From contig CAXXKJ010000001.1 of NCBI GenBank assembly GCA_963675295.2, forward strand, positions 1-64,000: 64,000 nt of DNA, in the 5' to 3' direction. The notes below the pieces were generated by a model. That model made no database searches, was not told the origin of the DNA, and was given only the letters and a program-made list of their open reading frames with translations. The translations under genes were made by a program, and so were the position numbers. Below, piece by piece: positions 21,581-32,725 of the stretch (position 1 is the stretch's first letter; every line of letters begins with the position of its first letter). The DNA is from a bacterium (GTDB lineage Bacteria; Electryoneota; Electryoneia; Electryoneales; Electryoneaceae).

Positions 21581-22720
21581 CTACTTCAGCAACACCACCT
21601 TCTGCATCAGCGGTGCCTGGCCGGCGACATCCGCGCGCACGAAATACACGCCGCTCGCCAACGATGATCCATCCAGCACGAACTCCTGCGTGCCGGCGTT
21701 GAACGAACCATCCGCCAACGTCATCACCGTCTGCCCGAGCATGTTGTGTACCGTCACCCGCACACGGTTAGCCGCAGGCAGCGTCAACGTCACCGTGCCC
21801 ATCGTGTTGAACGGGTTCGGGTACGTGTTCAGCACCAGGTCCGTGCGGGACGGTGTCAGCACAGGGCCTTCGTCACCCGACTGGATGTCGCCACGGTCAA
21901 ACTGCAGGAAGAACGGCCAGATCAGTGCTACCGGCTCGATGCCGTAGGTCTGGTTGTGCGGCCAGACATGGTTGTTCGTGCCGTTGATCTTGGTCTTGAT
22001 CTCGTGCAGCTTCACCCAGTCCCTCACTCCATCATCCCAGCTGTGCAGGAAATAGACCGGAGCATGCGGCGTCTTCGAATAGTCCGGGGCAGCATTCCAC
22101 TCCGACCACTGCAACGCGGCCGAACCACTGCCGTAGTTGATGTTGATCACCTGGTCCCACTTGTTGTGGAACGCGATGAAACCAACCTTGTTCGCCGGAG
22201 GCGTGTTGAGCAACTGCGGGAACTGGTTGCCCGGCCAACCGCCGCTAACCGTTCCGATCGCCGCGTACCGGTCATTGTCGAGGTATGCCAGGCAATGCGC
22301 CATCCATCCGCCAGCTGACGAACCAACCGCATACACACGGGTCGGATCGACCGTGGTCACTCCTTCGGTCTGCGCGGCCAAATCCGCCGACACCTGGTCG
22401 ACAATCTCTCCAATCCAGAGGTAATCTTGCGGGACCCATGTATCGTTGTAGTAATGCCCCTGCGGATACACCAGCACCGCCTCTTCCTGCTCCAGGATCA
22501 AGTACATCAGGCTGCTGCCGCTGATGCCTTCCGCTGTTCCGCCACCGCCGTGCATGACAACGATCAGCGGTACGGACGCGCTGGTCATCGTGCGCGAGGG
22601 AATCTCCACCCGGTAATAGTGGTTGTCAACCCAACCCTCACCCACAGCCACGTAATCCGGCACACCAAACGCCGTTACGGCAAACAGCAGAACCAAACCT
22701 GTAACAACAATGAATCTCAT
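21581..22720 (-). CDS. Secreted PHB-depolymerase/LpqC-like esterase with T9SS-like CTD (paralog 2)
   Basis: Close tandem paralog of 20035-21174 with the same motifs. Confidence 0.85.
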   Translation of the reverse strand: MRFIVVTGLVLLFAVTAFGVPDYVAVGEGWVDNHYYRVEIPSRTMTSASVPLIVVMHGGGGTAEGISGSSLMYLILEQEEAVLVYPQGHYYNDTWVPQDYLWIGEIVDQVSADLAAQTEGVTTVDPTRVYAVGSSAGGWMAHCLAYLDNDRYAAIGTVSGGWPGNQFPQLLNTPPANKVGFIAFHNKWDQVININYGSGSAALQWSEWNAAPDYSKTPHAPVYFLHSWDDGVRDWVKLHEIKTKINGTNNHVWPHNQTYGIEPVALIWPFFLQFDRGDIQSGDEGPVLTPSRTDLVLNTYPNPFNTMGTVTLTLPAANRVRVTVHNMLGQTVMTLADGSFNAGTQEFVLDGSSLASGVYFVRADVAGQAPLMQKVVLLK

Positions 22721-23010
22721 GATCAACTCCCCGGTTACGAATTTCTGCCCCTTCCAATAACGTACTACCTTTCCAGTATCGAGTAAAAGCAATGCAAGGA
22801 ACAGACCGCTTTTTTCTCTCATTTGACCAGCATGGATCAAAGCGGTTGATTACTAAAAACTTATAACGAATCGTGTGTCTAAACTCAGTTGTGTCAACAT
22901 CCAGAATACTCCAAATTCGGCGAGTCTAACAAAAATATCGCTGAGTTACGCCGCCGGAGTGGTTCACGCAATCAGTCTCTCGCTTAGCGCGGCTAAGTCC
23001 GGTAAACCCA

Positions 23011-24309
23011 TCACTTCAACAACAAAATCCGTTGGCTCGCACTCCACTCGCCCGCACTGGCACGCAGGAAATACGTACCGCTTGCCAGATTTCTCCCATC
23101 CAAGCTGACCTGATGTTTGCCGGAAGAGAAACGGTCGCCATCGGCAAGCGTCGCGACCAACCGTCCCCGCACATCAAACACATGCACCCGCAGCTCCGTC
23201 GCCTGCGGCAGTGTCACGGACAACGTCGTCACCGAATTGAACGGGTTCGGGTACGCCAACAAGGACAAGCCTGCCTGTTGTTCCGCCAACGGTACCGGCG
23301 CAATCCGGCGCTCATCCGGCAACAGTTCACGGCTATCCGATCCGGACAGCGAGAACCGTTCGAAAAACTCCCACACACGCTTGTTCGCCTGGAAACCATG
23401 AGTGCGAAACTTGGGGTACGAGTGCACATACCCGCCTGAACTCTGGAACAAGGTGACAAACTCGATTTCCGGCAGGCCCGGGGCGAGGTCGCGCCCGTTG
23501 AGGAACGCAACCATGACCGTATCCACCGGCGCGGGACGGACAACCCTACGCTTGTACTGCACGCCGCACCATTCCCGCCACTTGTTCACCGTCTGCAGGA
23601 TGGTGATGCTGTCCGAGGGTTCGGTGTAAGGCACATCCACCGTCGGATCATACCGGTTCGCCACCTGCATCAGTCCGCGTGGCACGATTTCCGGCGGATC
23701 AAGCGGATACAACGCCGTGTTCATCGGGTAATACATCGGTGCGAACGCCGCGAACCGGCTGCCACCGTAATACGCCAGCCGCTGCGTCATCCCGCCACCA
23801 CCGGAGAAACCGGTCGCGTAGACGCGGTCGAAATCGACGTACGGTCCGTACGCACCCTGGATATCGTCGAGGATGGCGTCGATGTACTCGAGGTTGCCAG
23901 TGGGGTCGAACCAGCTCCACGCCGGCGAGGTGCGGGATAATGGACAGACGACCAGCACCTTTTCCGCCTCCGCCACCTTCCACATCATCGAGGCACGGCT
24001 GGTGTCGAGGTAACTCGGCGTGTACTGCCGGCCGAACATGAACACTTCGGGACGTTGTCCTACCGAATCCACCCCGGAGACATCAATGCTGCCGTGCAGA
24101 TTCACGATCAGCGGGCGATCATGGTACCGCTCATACTGCTCCGGCAGGTAGAGATAGTACAGACGCTGTACGTTCTCCACCGTCACGATCCGCTGCTCCC
24201 ACGTCCCCGGCGCATCACTGCCCGGCGGCTGGGCGGAGGACACAAGCGGCGATAAAACAACAACCAACAGCAGAAAAAAACCGGCGACAGTCTTCATGAT
24301 CGTTTCCAT
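23011..24309 (-). CDS. Secreted LpqC-like esterase with T9SS-like CTD (divergent paralog 3)
   Basis: R.YYLYLP, PLIVNLHG, RVYATGFSGGG; YPNPFN tail. Confidence 0.82.
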   Translation of the reverse strand: METIMKTVAGFFLLLVVVLSPLVSSAQPPGSDAPGTWEQRIVTVENVQRLYYLYLPEQYERYHDRPLIVNLHGSIDVSGVDSVGQRPEVFMFGRQYTPSYLDTSRASMMWKVAEAEKVLVVCPLSRTSPAWSWFDPTGNLEYIDAILDDIQGAYGPYVDFDRVYATGFSGGGGMTQRLAYYGGSRFAAFAPMYYPMNTALYPLDPPEIVPRGLMQVANRYDPTVDVPYTEPSDSITILQTVNKWREWCGVQYKRRVVRPAPVDTVMVAFLNGRDLAPGLPEIEFVTLFQSSGGYVHSYPKFRTHGFQANKRVWEFFERFSLSGSDSRELLPDERRIAPVPLAEQQAGLSLLAYPNPFNSVTTLSVTLPQATELRVHVFDVRGRLVATLADGDRFSSGKHQVSLDGRNLASGTYFLRASAGEWSASQRILLLK

Positions 24310-24440
24310 ATGTTCCCGCTGACAGCATACAAACCCCGCCGCAACCTGTCAATCGAATTCAGGTTTTTTCAGAAAAAATGAACTCACAAAGATCAACCCG
24401 CTATCATGAATCCGCTGCCGTGAATATGCCGGCATGAACA

Positions 24441-24473
24441 CAAAAATTACCACGGACCGAAGTCCGTGGTAAT
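24441..24473 (-). terminator. Intrinsic terminator
   Basis: ATTACCACGGAC-CGAA-GTCCGTGGTAAT (UUCG loop on the minus strand) plus T-run. Confidence 0.75.
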
Positions 24474-26448
24474 GGATGGTTCAGCCGTTGGAGCAGCTCA
24501 CCCGTAGCTGTTTTCCAGCTTTTGCGTCAGTTGCGTCTTTTGCTTCTGTTGCTGTTTTTGCCTGTCTTTTACTTTCTGTTCCTGTCTGTTCCTCAATCCA
24601 TCACTTCATCAGCACCAGCTTCTGCACGTCGTTCAGCTGGCCGGGAACCGTCGCACGGACAAAATACACCCCGCTCGCGAGACTGGAGCCGTCAATGGTA
24701 TAGACATGACGGCCAGCAGATACATCTCCTTTGACGAGTGTAGCGACCATTTGGCCGGAAAGATTGAAGATATTCAATTCCAGAAACCCCGACTCCGGCA
24801 AGTTGATCAAAACTTCTGTGAAAGCGTTGAAGGGATTCGGGCCGGCAAGCCTCAACCGGGCGTTTTCAGCCGTCGGGAGAGCGCTCAATGTTGAACTGTC
24901 ACTACAATCAGTTGAATTTCTGGTAGATCCGGCTGCTTGCAGAACGTTCACCCGGACATTGTCCACAGCCCAGTATGTTGCACCATACCACTCAGCAGAG
25001 TAGTAGTAGAAACCCAGTCGAAATGTTGATTCACCCTGTAACAAACCGGTTAAGCAGTGCTCGACAAATCCATAGGAATTGGTCGTGTATTCCACAATTG
25101 GCAGCCAATCGTCGCCGCTGCCAGGTAAGTATTCCACACAGGACAGGCTTGATGATTCCTGAATCTGGTGCTCAAAATGCAGTGTGATTTCTGTTGCACC
25201 AGAGATTTCAATCTCGGGACTGACCAGTCGGGCATCTATTGTCAATCCACCCCATACACGATTGTCGCCGTCCATCAACATATACGGGGTTTTGAACACT
25301 CCCAACCCATCGCCAGAATCAATAACCCAGGTGGTTGTCGTACCGGTGTTTTCGATCGTCCAGCCATCCGGAAATCCGTCATCAAAATCCTCCACCAACG
25401 GCCACAGGTTTTCGTCATACCAGAAGGCTGCCACTGAGTCGCAGACGAGACTTTCGTTGTCCGTAAATAGTGTCGTCAACGTATACTCGTAGTTCCCATA
25501 CGCACCAAGAGAATCGGTGAACTGCAGATTTTGAGTAGCTCCCACGAAAGTACCGTCCCTGCAAATACGATACTCTTCAACAGTGGACATGTTCGATCCA
25601 GCAGCAAGCCAGGCAAGACTCACTTCTCCATCATTTGTCACATAGGACGTCATATGATATCCTTCGCCTTCCCGGAGGTTTTCGTACCAGCGTATAGCGG
25701 AATTGTCGCCATTGGTTGCAGCAACGATGTCAATGTCACCGTCACCATCTATATCTCCAGCACAGACTTTGTGTGCGGGAATGTTTGCTATGATTTGCTC
25801 TGTAAATGCGGTCGCGGCACCATCGTTTTCATACCAGCGTACCGAATTTCCGACGGCGATCAGATCCACGTCAAAATCGTTGTCGAGATCGCTCACGATG
25901 TAATCGTTCACACCGCCTATTGTATTCGGGATGTCGTGTAACTCGTAATTGAATTGGGAGGGATGTGTGGTGATTCCAAGGTTTTCGTACCACCTGAGTG
26001 GACCGACGAGATCACAATCACCATCATCGTCAAAATCACAAGGTTGGTCTTCATTAGCAAATGGAGATGGCCGATCATATCCATAAATATATTTAAATTT
26101 AGAATTGTAGTTTTCGTACCACATGAAGCACCAGCCATATCCACCAAATATATCATAATCGTTATCACTGTCAATATCAAAAACTACTGAAGGTATTAAT
26201 CGATCCCATACATTGTATGAATCATATATTGTTTGTGAAGAATATATAAAAGTACCAATATTATACATTATTTGGATTTTACTTCCTGTAGCAACCAAGT
26301 CCAGATCATTGTCGTGATCAAAATCAATAGGATAAAAATATGCAGATGTTCCAGATCCATAATTTAAGATCCAGGATTCAAATGATGTGTTGTTGATATT
26401 TTTAAAATAATAGGAATAGTAGACGGGGGGTTCATATTCATTGATTAC

Positions 26449-26998
26449 TTCACTCCAGTGCGGTTGATGCCCCGAAGCTTGCTTCGGCCAGCTGCAGTTG
26501 GTTTCTTGTGGAATGTCTGAGCTGATCCGAAAACAACACAACGTATCGATATTGCTATACCATCTTGTATGTGTAGCGAAATACCGTCGTGTTGTATTTG
26601 ATGAACCTGAGATAGATTTAACATTAAAGGATATCTGCTTTGAAATCCAAAAACGTTATGAAATAGAATTTATAGAAATTGGAATAGATAGAGATCATGT
26701 GCATTTCTTAGTGCAATCCGTGCCAACCATGAGTGCTACAAAATTAGTACGAACTATAAAGAGCATAACAGCACGAGAGATGTTTATCCGACAACCCAAA
26801 GTTAAAAAGCAGCTCTGGGGTGGGGAATTTTGGACAAAAGGTTATTATATATCCACCGTAGGTCCGCACGGTGACGAAAATACAATCAGAAAATACGTTA
26901 TGAACCAAGGTACAGAAGCTAACTACCAGCCGCTACATCAAAGTCGACTTGAGCTGTGAGTAGTCGATACCCCGTAGCTTGCTGCGGGGTAGTTTATT
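26449..26998 (+). mobile_element. IS200/IS605-family element (tnpA only, ~550 bp)
   Basis: Subterminal hairpins CCGAAGC-TT-GCTTCGG (26472-26487) and ACCCCGTAGC-TT-GCTGCGGGGT (26969-26990); no TIR or TSD. Exact ends are uncertain by a few bp. Confidence 0.88.
26513..26959 (+). CDS. tnpA: Y1 HUH transposase
   Basis: YHLVCVAKYRR, HUH motif DHVHFL, KSITAR, LWGGEFW..GYY.STVG, catalytic YVMNQ. Confidence 0.95.
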   Translation: MSELIRKQHNVSILLYHLVCVAKYRRVVFDEPEIDLTLKDICFEIQKRYEIEFIEIGIDRDHVHFLVQSVPTMSATKLVRTIKSITAREMFIRQPKVKKQLWGGEFWTKGYYISTVGPHGDENTIRKYVMNQGTEANYQPLHQSRLEL

Positions 26999-27534
26999 GA
27001 ACAAAATATCTTGATCATTGTCACCATCTAAATCAGCAGCCATTGTAAATAATGCATACATATCAGGGTCTGGATAGGGCACTAGGGAATATTTGATACC
27101 ATAATGATATTCATGAGTTTCCCATCTGTCCAAACAGCCGTGACCGCTTGCTGCAACAATATCCAGATCCCCGTCGCCATCCAGATCAGCGGCATCAATG
27201 GAGTTAACGTTTGCGTGACAATCAATAAGGTGTTCCGTCCAAATTCGTTCAGCCAAAGATCCAGTTCCACAGCCCAGTAAAAGTATGGCACTGAATACGA
27301 CACGGAGGGGCCATCGGATGACGGAGTTCATAGCATTCTCCTTTCATGGCTGCTATGTACCAGCCGGGGGGATGGAGGGGGGCATCAAGTAAAAAGAAAC
27401 TACATTTACGCAAGTTAATATTAAATAATAAAATTGCTAATACTACTCTGTTTTCAGATGACGTCCGATCAAGTGAGAATGAACGGCCACGGTAAACTCA
27501 CATGGCCGTTGTACTTAATGAAGAAAAGAGAGAC

Positions 27535-30342
27535 TCACTTCATCAGCACCAGCTTCTGCACGTCGTTCAGCTGGCCGGGAACCGTCGCACGGACAAAATA
27601 CACTCCGCTCGCGAGACCGGTTCCGGAGAAGGTCAGCACATGCCGGCCTGCAGGATAGTCACCTGCCGCGATTGTTGCCGCGAGCTGCCCGGTGATGTTG
27701 TACACGGCCACCTCAAGCGTTGCATTCTCAGGCAGCGAGATCGTCATCTGCGTGCCGGAGTTAAACGGGTTGGGCGTTGCCGCCGAAAGTGCAAACTCAC
27801 GCGGGAGTTCTGAATCTCCCGACGCGGTATCTTCTTTCCGTGTCAACGACCAGTCTGTCACCGGCTGTCCGTCGCCGGGGAACGATTCCGCCTTGCTGAA
27901 GCTGAGCATATCCGCCGCCAACACCTCGCTGGGAAATCCACCGATTTTCGCGGTGTAGGTGTAGTCCCCCATCGGCGCAAATCCCGGAATGCTCTGAGTG
28001 AACACTCCCATGCCTCCGCTGTACGGTCCGATTCCGATATACGAGTACAGAATCAGTGGACCCACAACGGACCCATTGGGAAGCGTGGCTTCGGTCCACG
28101 CTGCGACATACATCGGGCTGCCCGAACGATTGACCAGCCGCGCACGAAAATCAAACGATCCACCCCACGGCGGAATGATGACCGGTTCAGCCATCGGTTC
28201 AATCGAAATCGTCAACGCACCTTCCGCCGACCAATACGCGAGTCGGTCAAGCGAGGACGATACGCCGGCCAGGTCAGGTACGCCGTTCCGGTCCAGGTCG
28301 ACAGGAATCACAGCATCCCAACCGCCTGCGCCTGTTTCGATCGGATGCGCGGAAAACACGCCGCCGCCCTCATTGATCCAGCCCTTGACGCCCATCGAGC
28401 CGCTGGCAACGACATCCGGCCAACCATCCCAAAGGATATCCGTGATCGACACGCTCGTCACGTTCAGGAAACCGCTGTCGAGCATATGTTCCGTGAACGT
28501 CAAGCCGTCATTGGCCCACCAGCTGATTCCGTCTGTTCCGCCGCTGATCAGGTCGCCATCACCGTCCAGATCCAGGTCGCAAACCGCGATCGCGGCGAAT
28601 CCGGCGGCTTCGGTGACGATCACATGCTGCGTGAACGTGCCATCCCGATGATTTTCGTACCACAGCAACTTGTCCTCGTCGACAGAAACCAGGTCCGCAT
28701 CGCCGTCACGGTCAAGATCCGTCGCGACCAGGGCTGCGCTGAAAACGACGCCTGCGGAAAGATCGGATTCAGAGAACTGCATTGAGCCATCGTTCATGTA
28801 CACGCGGACACCATTCAGCCCGGCAACCGCGATGTCGCAGCTTCCATCCCGGTTAAAATCCTCGATCAGGCAGCGCATCGGGCCGGGATGCGCCGGATCG
28901 ATCACGTTCGCCTGGAAGGACATCGCGCCCTGCCGTTCGTACCAGACCACCTCGCCGTCGGACGATGCCGCCACGAGATCGACATCCCCGTCATGGTCGA
29001 GATCTTCGGCGAGGACGTCCATCGCATTCGCCAGAACGGGAGTGATCGCCTGTTCGGTAAACACTAGCGCGGTTTGTTCCCACCACGTAAGGCCGTCCAC
29101 ATCGGCGCTGAGGAGGTCGTAATCGCCGTCCAGATCGAAATCTGTCCAACTCACGCCCGCAGGCTGGTTTTCATTGTCACTGATCACAGTCTGGCCGAAA
29201 AACGGCGGCTGGGTGGCGTGGGCGATCCGGTTTTCCAGCCACGTGAACCGGTCACCCAATTCCTCCGCGACAAGCAGGTCGAGGTCGCCGTCCCGGTCCA
29301 GATCGACGGGATCAATGTCACGGATCAACGCCCAGCTGCACTCGAGCACGTGATGCGACCAGCCGGGCTGAGTGTTTTCCAGCCACGACAGGTCCACCGG
29401 CTGGTACGTGTAGGCGTAGGGAATGATGTCCAGGTTGCCGTCGTGATCGAGGTCGGCCGTTGTAACGTTGTCGCAGGAAACCCCCTCGAGAATCTGGGAT
29501 TCCACGAAAGTCCCGTTGCCTTGATTATCCCACAGGACCACCCCGCCACCGCTGTAGGCGTAAATGCCGGTGATATCGACATCGCCGTCCTTGTCAAAGT
29601 CGCCGGCATCCACCGAACACGACAGGTCATAGTTATCCGCGAGGATAGTGTAGGCATAAGTTGAATTGCCCTGGTTTTCGTAGTAAAGGAACAGGTCGGC
29701 GTCCGGGCTGCTGGTAATGATGTCATAGTCGGCGTCATGGTCGAGGTCATGCCAGTAAGCGAACCAGACATTCTCATTGCCGGGAAGGACCAGAGTGGTG
29801 ACGATGGAAAACGTTTGAGCGCCATCGTTTTCAAGAATCAGAATGCAATCTTCGTTCGATATTACCGTCAGGATGTCCAGATCGCCGTCATGGTCATAAT
29901 CGAGAAGATCAAGGCAGTGTGGGTCGTCGCGATTTTCCAGGATCCTGTGTTCCGTCCAATTGAACTGCCCGTCATTCTCGAACCAGGTCATGTAATTACC
30001 ATCCACCGCATTGGCGACAATATCATAGTCGCCGTCAAAATCCAGATCGACCGCGATCACATCATAGCCACCATTTACCGATTGTGATACATACTCCATG
30101 CTCCAGTCCATGTTGCCGTCATTGAGGAACAGCACAATCGAATCGGGACCACGCAACGCCCCGAGAAAGTCGATGTCACCATCGAAATCAATGTCAACCG
30201 GATACACACGTTCCGGTTCGTTCAGGCCGGTCCACACGGTGTGTTTCGCCCAATCCATCTGGGCAAAGCCCGGAGACAGGCAAAGAAAGATCAGAATCGC
30301 GGACCAGATCCCGATCCCACCTGATTGAAATGTCCGAACCAT
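27535..30342 (-). CDS. Secreted FG-GAP/VCBS-repeat protein with shared Ig-like module and CTD
   Basis: About 14 D.D.DGD.D repeats with W.EN.G; IIPPWGGSF module; TPNPFN tail. Confidence 0.88.
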   Translation of the reverse strand: MVRTFQSGGIGIWSAILIFLCLSPGFAQMDWAKHTVWTGLNEPERVYPVDIDFDGDIDFLGALRGPDSIVLFLNDGNMDWSMEYVSQSVNGGYDVIAVDLDFDGDYDIVANAVDGNYMTWFENDGQFNWTEHRILENRDDPHCLDLLDYDHDGDLDILTVISNEDCILILENDGAQTFSIVTTLVLPGNENVWFAYWHDLDHDADYDIITSSPDADLFLYYENQGNSTYAYTILADNYDLSCSVDAGDFDKDGDVDITGIYAYSGGGVVLWDNQGNGTFVESQILEGVSCDNVTTADLDHDGNLDIIPYAYTYQPVDLSWLENTQPGWSHHVLECSWALIRDIDPVDLDRDGDLDLLVAEELGDRFTWLENRIAHATQPPFFGQTVISDNENQPAGVSWTDFDLDGDYDLLSADVDGLTWWEQTALVFTEQAITPVLANAMDVLAEDLDHDGDVDLVAASSDGEVVWYERQGAMSFQANVIDPAHPGPMRCLIEDFNRDGSCDIAVAGLNGVRVYMNDGSMQFSESDLSAGVVFSAALVATDLDRDGDADLVSVDEDKLLWYENHRDGTFTQHVIVTEAAGFAAIAVCDLDLDGDGDLISGGTDGISWWANDGLTFTEHMLDSGFLNVTSVSITDILWDGWPDVVASGSMGVKGWINEGGGVFSAHPIETGAGGWDAVIPVDLDRNGVPDLAGVSSSLDRLAYWSAEGALTISIEPMAEPVIIPPWGGSFDFRARLVNRSGSPMYVAAWTEATLPNGSVVGPLILYSYIGIGPYSGGMGVFTQSIPGFAPMGDYTYTAKIGGFPSEVLAADMLSFSKAESFPGDGQPVTDWSLTRKEDTASGDSELPREFALSAATPNPFNSGTQMTISLPENATLEVAVYNITGQLAATIAAGDYPAGRHVLTFSGTGLASGVYFVRATVPGQLNDVQKLVLMK

Positions 30343-30702
30343 AGTTCGTCTCCTGTGTTCGGATCGACGAGGAGGACTTGACGCAACAGGCGGTGCACGT
30401 CATCGATCGTGGGTTACGGGGGGTGGGGGAATCGAGCTACAACGCAGCATTCGTTGAGTTGTTCGGGAAAACCGGGCCTGCGGGTGGATTCAAAAGAATT
30501 AACCGTTGGCTCAGACGGTGCGGGTCCATGGAAACCTCCGCATAGACCATAGATAAGATGACAAATCGACGGCAATTTTACGTAATTTATGAACAAAACA
30601 AATCCGTATTCCCTTAAGAACGCAAAGCATCTGATTCGATGAGAGGAAAAGCGGCTGCCGTAACTTCCGGCAACCGCTGTAGATAGAAGAGTTAGTAGAG
30701 GC

Positions 30703-32343
30703 TCACTTCATCAGCACCAGCTTCTGCACATCGTTCAGCTGGCCGGGAACCGTCGCGCGGACAAAATAGATCCCGCTCGCGAGATTGGACGCGTCGAAGC
30801 TGAGGTTGTGCACACCGGCGTCCAGCGTACCCTTCGCCAGCGTCGCGACCTGCTGCCCCATCACGTTGTACACCGCAACCGTCACCGGGGATACCTCCGG
30901 CAGCCGCAACGTCAACGACGTCATCGCGTTAAACGGGTTCGGGTACGCCAATTCCAGCTCGCAGTCAGACGGCAGGTTGACCGCAACTTCCCCATCAGAC
31001 GTCAACTCGCTTGGCAGTCCACGCAGTTCCCACTCGGACGGATCAAAGACAAATTCACCCGATCCGTCGGTACCTTCCGATTCAAGCTTGACAAACCGGA
31101 ACGACCCTTCGATCAGCGGGTTGTTGAGGTTAAGGCCGACATACCCGTTGTAGTGGTATTCACCTGCAGGCGCATTCGCCGGAATCTCCTGCTGCATAGC
31201 CTCGTACAGCACATCCATGTTCGGCGTATGCCTGAACGTGGCGACTGCCAACCGGCCGGATTCGCTGCCGTCTGGCATGGTGATGGTCGTCCAGTATTTC
31301 ACATTCGGTACATTGTTCGGCAGGGTGCTGATGAAATGCACGTCAAACCCAAGCCAGCCGCCAGCGGCCGGGATCACGTTGCTGCGGCCGATCATCTCGA
31401 GACGGACAGGATCAGACGGGACATAATCACGCGACACTTCCACGTCGTCAATGCCCCAGTAGAAGCCCCAGTTGGTCATGTCATCGTAGAAGAAACTGAG
31501 ATCGACATCCGGTTCGCCGGCCAGTTCCGCCGTCAGGTCATGCGTCACACCGATCAGCTCGCCGTCCTGGTTGATGTCGTTGATCGTCACCCAGTCACCG
31601 TTCGAGATACGGTACTGCACGTAGCCGTGCTCATCGACATACTCCACGAAGTTCGAGGAGTAGACGAACTCGACAAACGAGGTTTCGCTGAAATCGAACG
31701 GCGGCAGCAGCAGCCGTTCCATCATATGGATCGGCGGGTTCTGTCCCGCGGCATCCGAATCAACCAGCGCGTACGGCGTGGGAAACAGGCTGTGGAAGCT
31801 ACTGATTTGCCATGTGTGGCTGGCGATGGTCGCTTCGACTGTCCAGCCGTCCGGCATTTCGCCGTCGTTGAAGTCTTCGTCAATTGCCGTTGCGACCTGG
31901 TCGAACCAGGTGACCGTCACCTCGTTCGAATGACTCGATTCGCCGAGATCGTAAAACGCCGTCACCGTGTAGACATAGGTATTCTCCGACGGCAGCACGT
32001 CTTCGTAGTGCGTGTCGTAAGTGATGTCCAGCTGCTGGCCATTCCGGTATACGAAGAAGAACTGAAGGTCGTCCAGCTCATTGCCCTGGCCCTGAAGCGC
32101 TTCCCACTGCGCCCGGACTTCGTCAAAATTCGGAGCTTCCCATTCCGCGCGTTCGATATCGCTTTCCGGCCAGTCAACCAGATCCTGCCAGCTGGTCGCG
32201 CCAAGCACATTCGGTGAATTCCAGTTCAACTCGACATGCCCATCGCCATCATGAGTGGAGGACAATCCAGTCGGAGGGTTCAATTGGGCACTTGCCACGC
32301 CCGCTGTCAATACCACACAAAGAAGCAGTGCAACAGTCTTCAT
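30703..32343 (-). CDS. Secreted FN3 + cleaved-adhesin-like protein with shared Ig-like module and CTD
   Basis: Signal peptide; PPTGL...VYRNG...YTVTAFY..GES; EDFN...PDGW...W.IDDV; YPNPFN. Confidence 0.82.
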   Translation of the reverse strand: MKTVALLLCVVLTAGVASAQLNPPTGLSSTHDGDGHVELNWNSPNVLGATSWQDLVDWPESDIERAEWEAPNFDEVRAQWEALQGQGNELDDLQFFFVYRNGQQLDITYDTHYEDVLPSENTYVYTVTAFYDLGESSHSNEVTVTWFDQVATAIDEDFNDGEMPDGWTVEATIASHTWQISSFHSLFPTPYALVDSDAAGQNPPIHMMERLLLPPFDFSETSFVEFVYSSNFVEYVDEHGYVQYRISNGDWVTINDINQDGELIGVTHDLTAELAGEPDVDLSFFYDDMTNWGFYWGIDDVEVSRDYVPSDPVRLEMIGRSNVIPAAGGWLGFDVHFISTLPNNVPNVKYWTTITMPDGSESGRLAVATFRHTPNMDVLYEAMQQEIPANAPAGEYHYNGYVGLNLNNPLIEGSFRFVKLESEGTDGSGEFVFDPSEWELRGLPSELTSDGEVAVNLPSDCELELAYPNPFNAMTSLTLRLPEVSPVTVAVYNVMGQQVATLAKGTLDAGVHNLSFDASNLASGIYFVRATVPGQLNDVQKLVLMK

Positions 32344-32725
32344 CAGAGTCTCCTCGTCAAGATGGGAGGGTAAGCGACGTGAATCAGGAGACATTCCATG
32401 CTCCCGATGTGTCTAACGCTCGGAATCTACAGGCTGATTTTACGTGAGGGAAGGAGCGCCTCACATTTTATCGGATTCACGGGGAGACATTCGCCGTCGG
32501 CAGTAATTCAGCGGTCAACAGGCTTCGCGGCGGCTGCATCCGGAACGGAGAGCCTTGGGATGCGCAGCCCCGTACCTGCGCCAGCAACCGCCAACGTTTG
32601 TTCAATCTCCAGTCTCCGTCAATAGTTCACAAAATCGCGAAACGTCTAGGCATTCAGAATCCTGAGCCCTACTTTGCCTGAACGCTGGCTATCAAACCGT
32701 GCATCACGCACGGAGGGGGGAGATC

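Larger units (their letters stand above)
24601..27331 (-). pseudogene. FG-GAP/FN3/adhesin-domain secreted protein with CTD, interrupted by an IS200-family element
   Basis: The 5' part (27331-26999) has a signal peptide and DLDGDGDLD repeats. The 3' part (26448-24601) continues the FG-GAP repeats to a GPNPFN tail. Removing the IS rejoins the frame. Confidence 0.85.

Noticed and set aside
26959-26998. tnpB/iscB or omega RNA in the IS
   Set aside because: The right-end hairpin follows the tnpA stop directly, leaving no room for a second gene.
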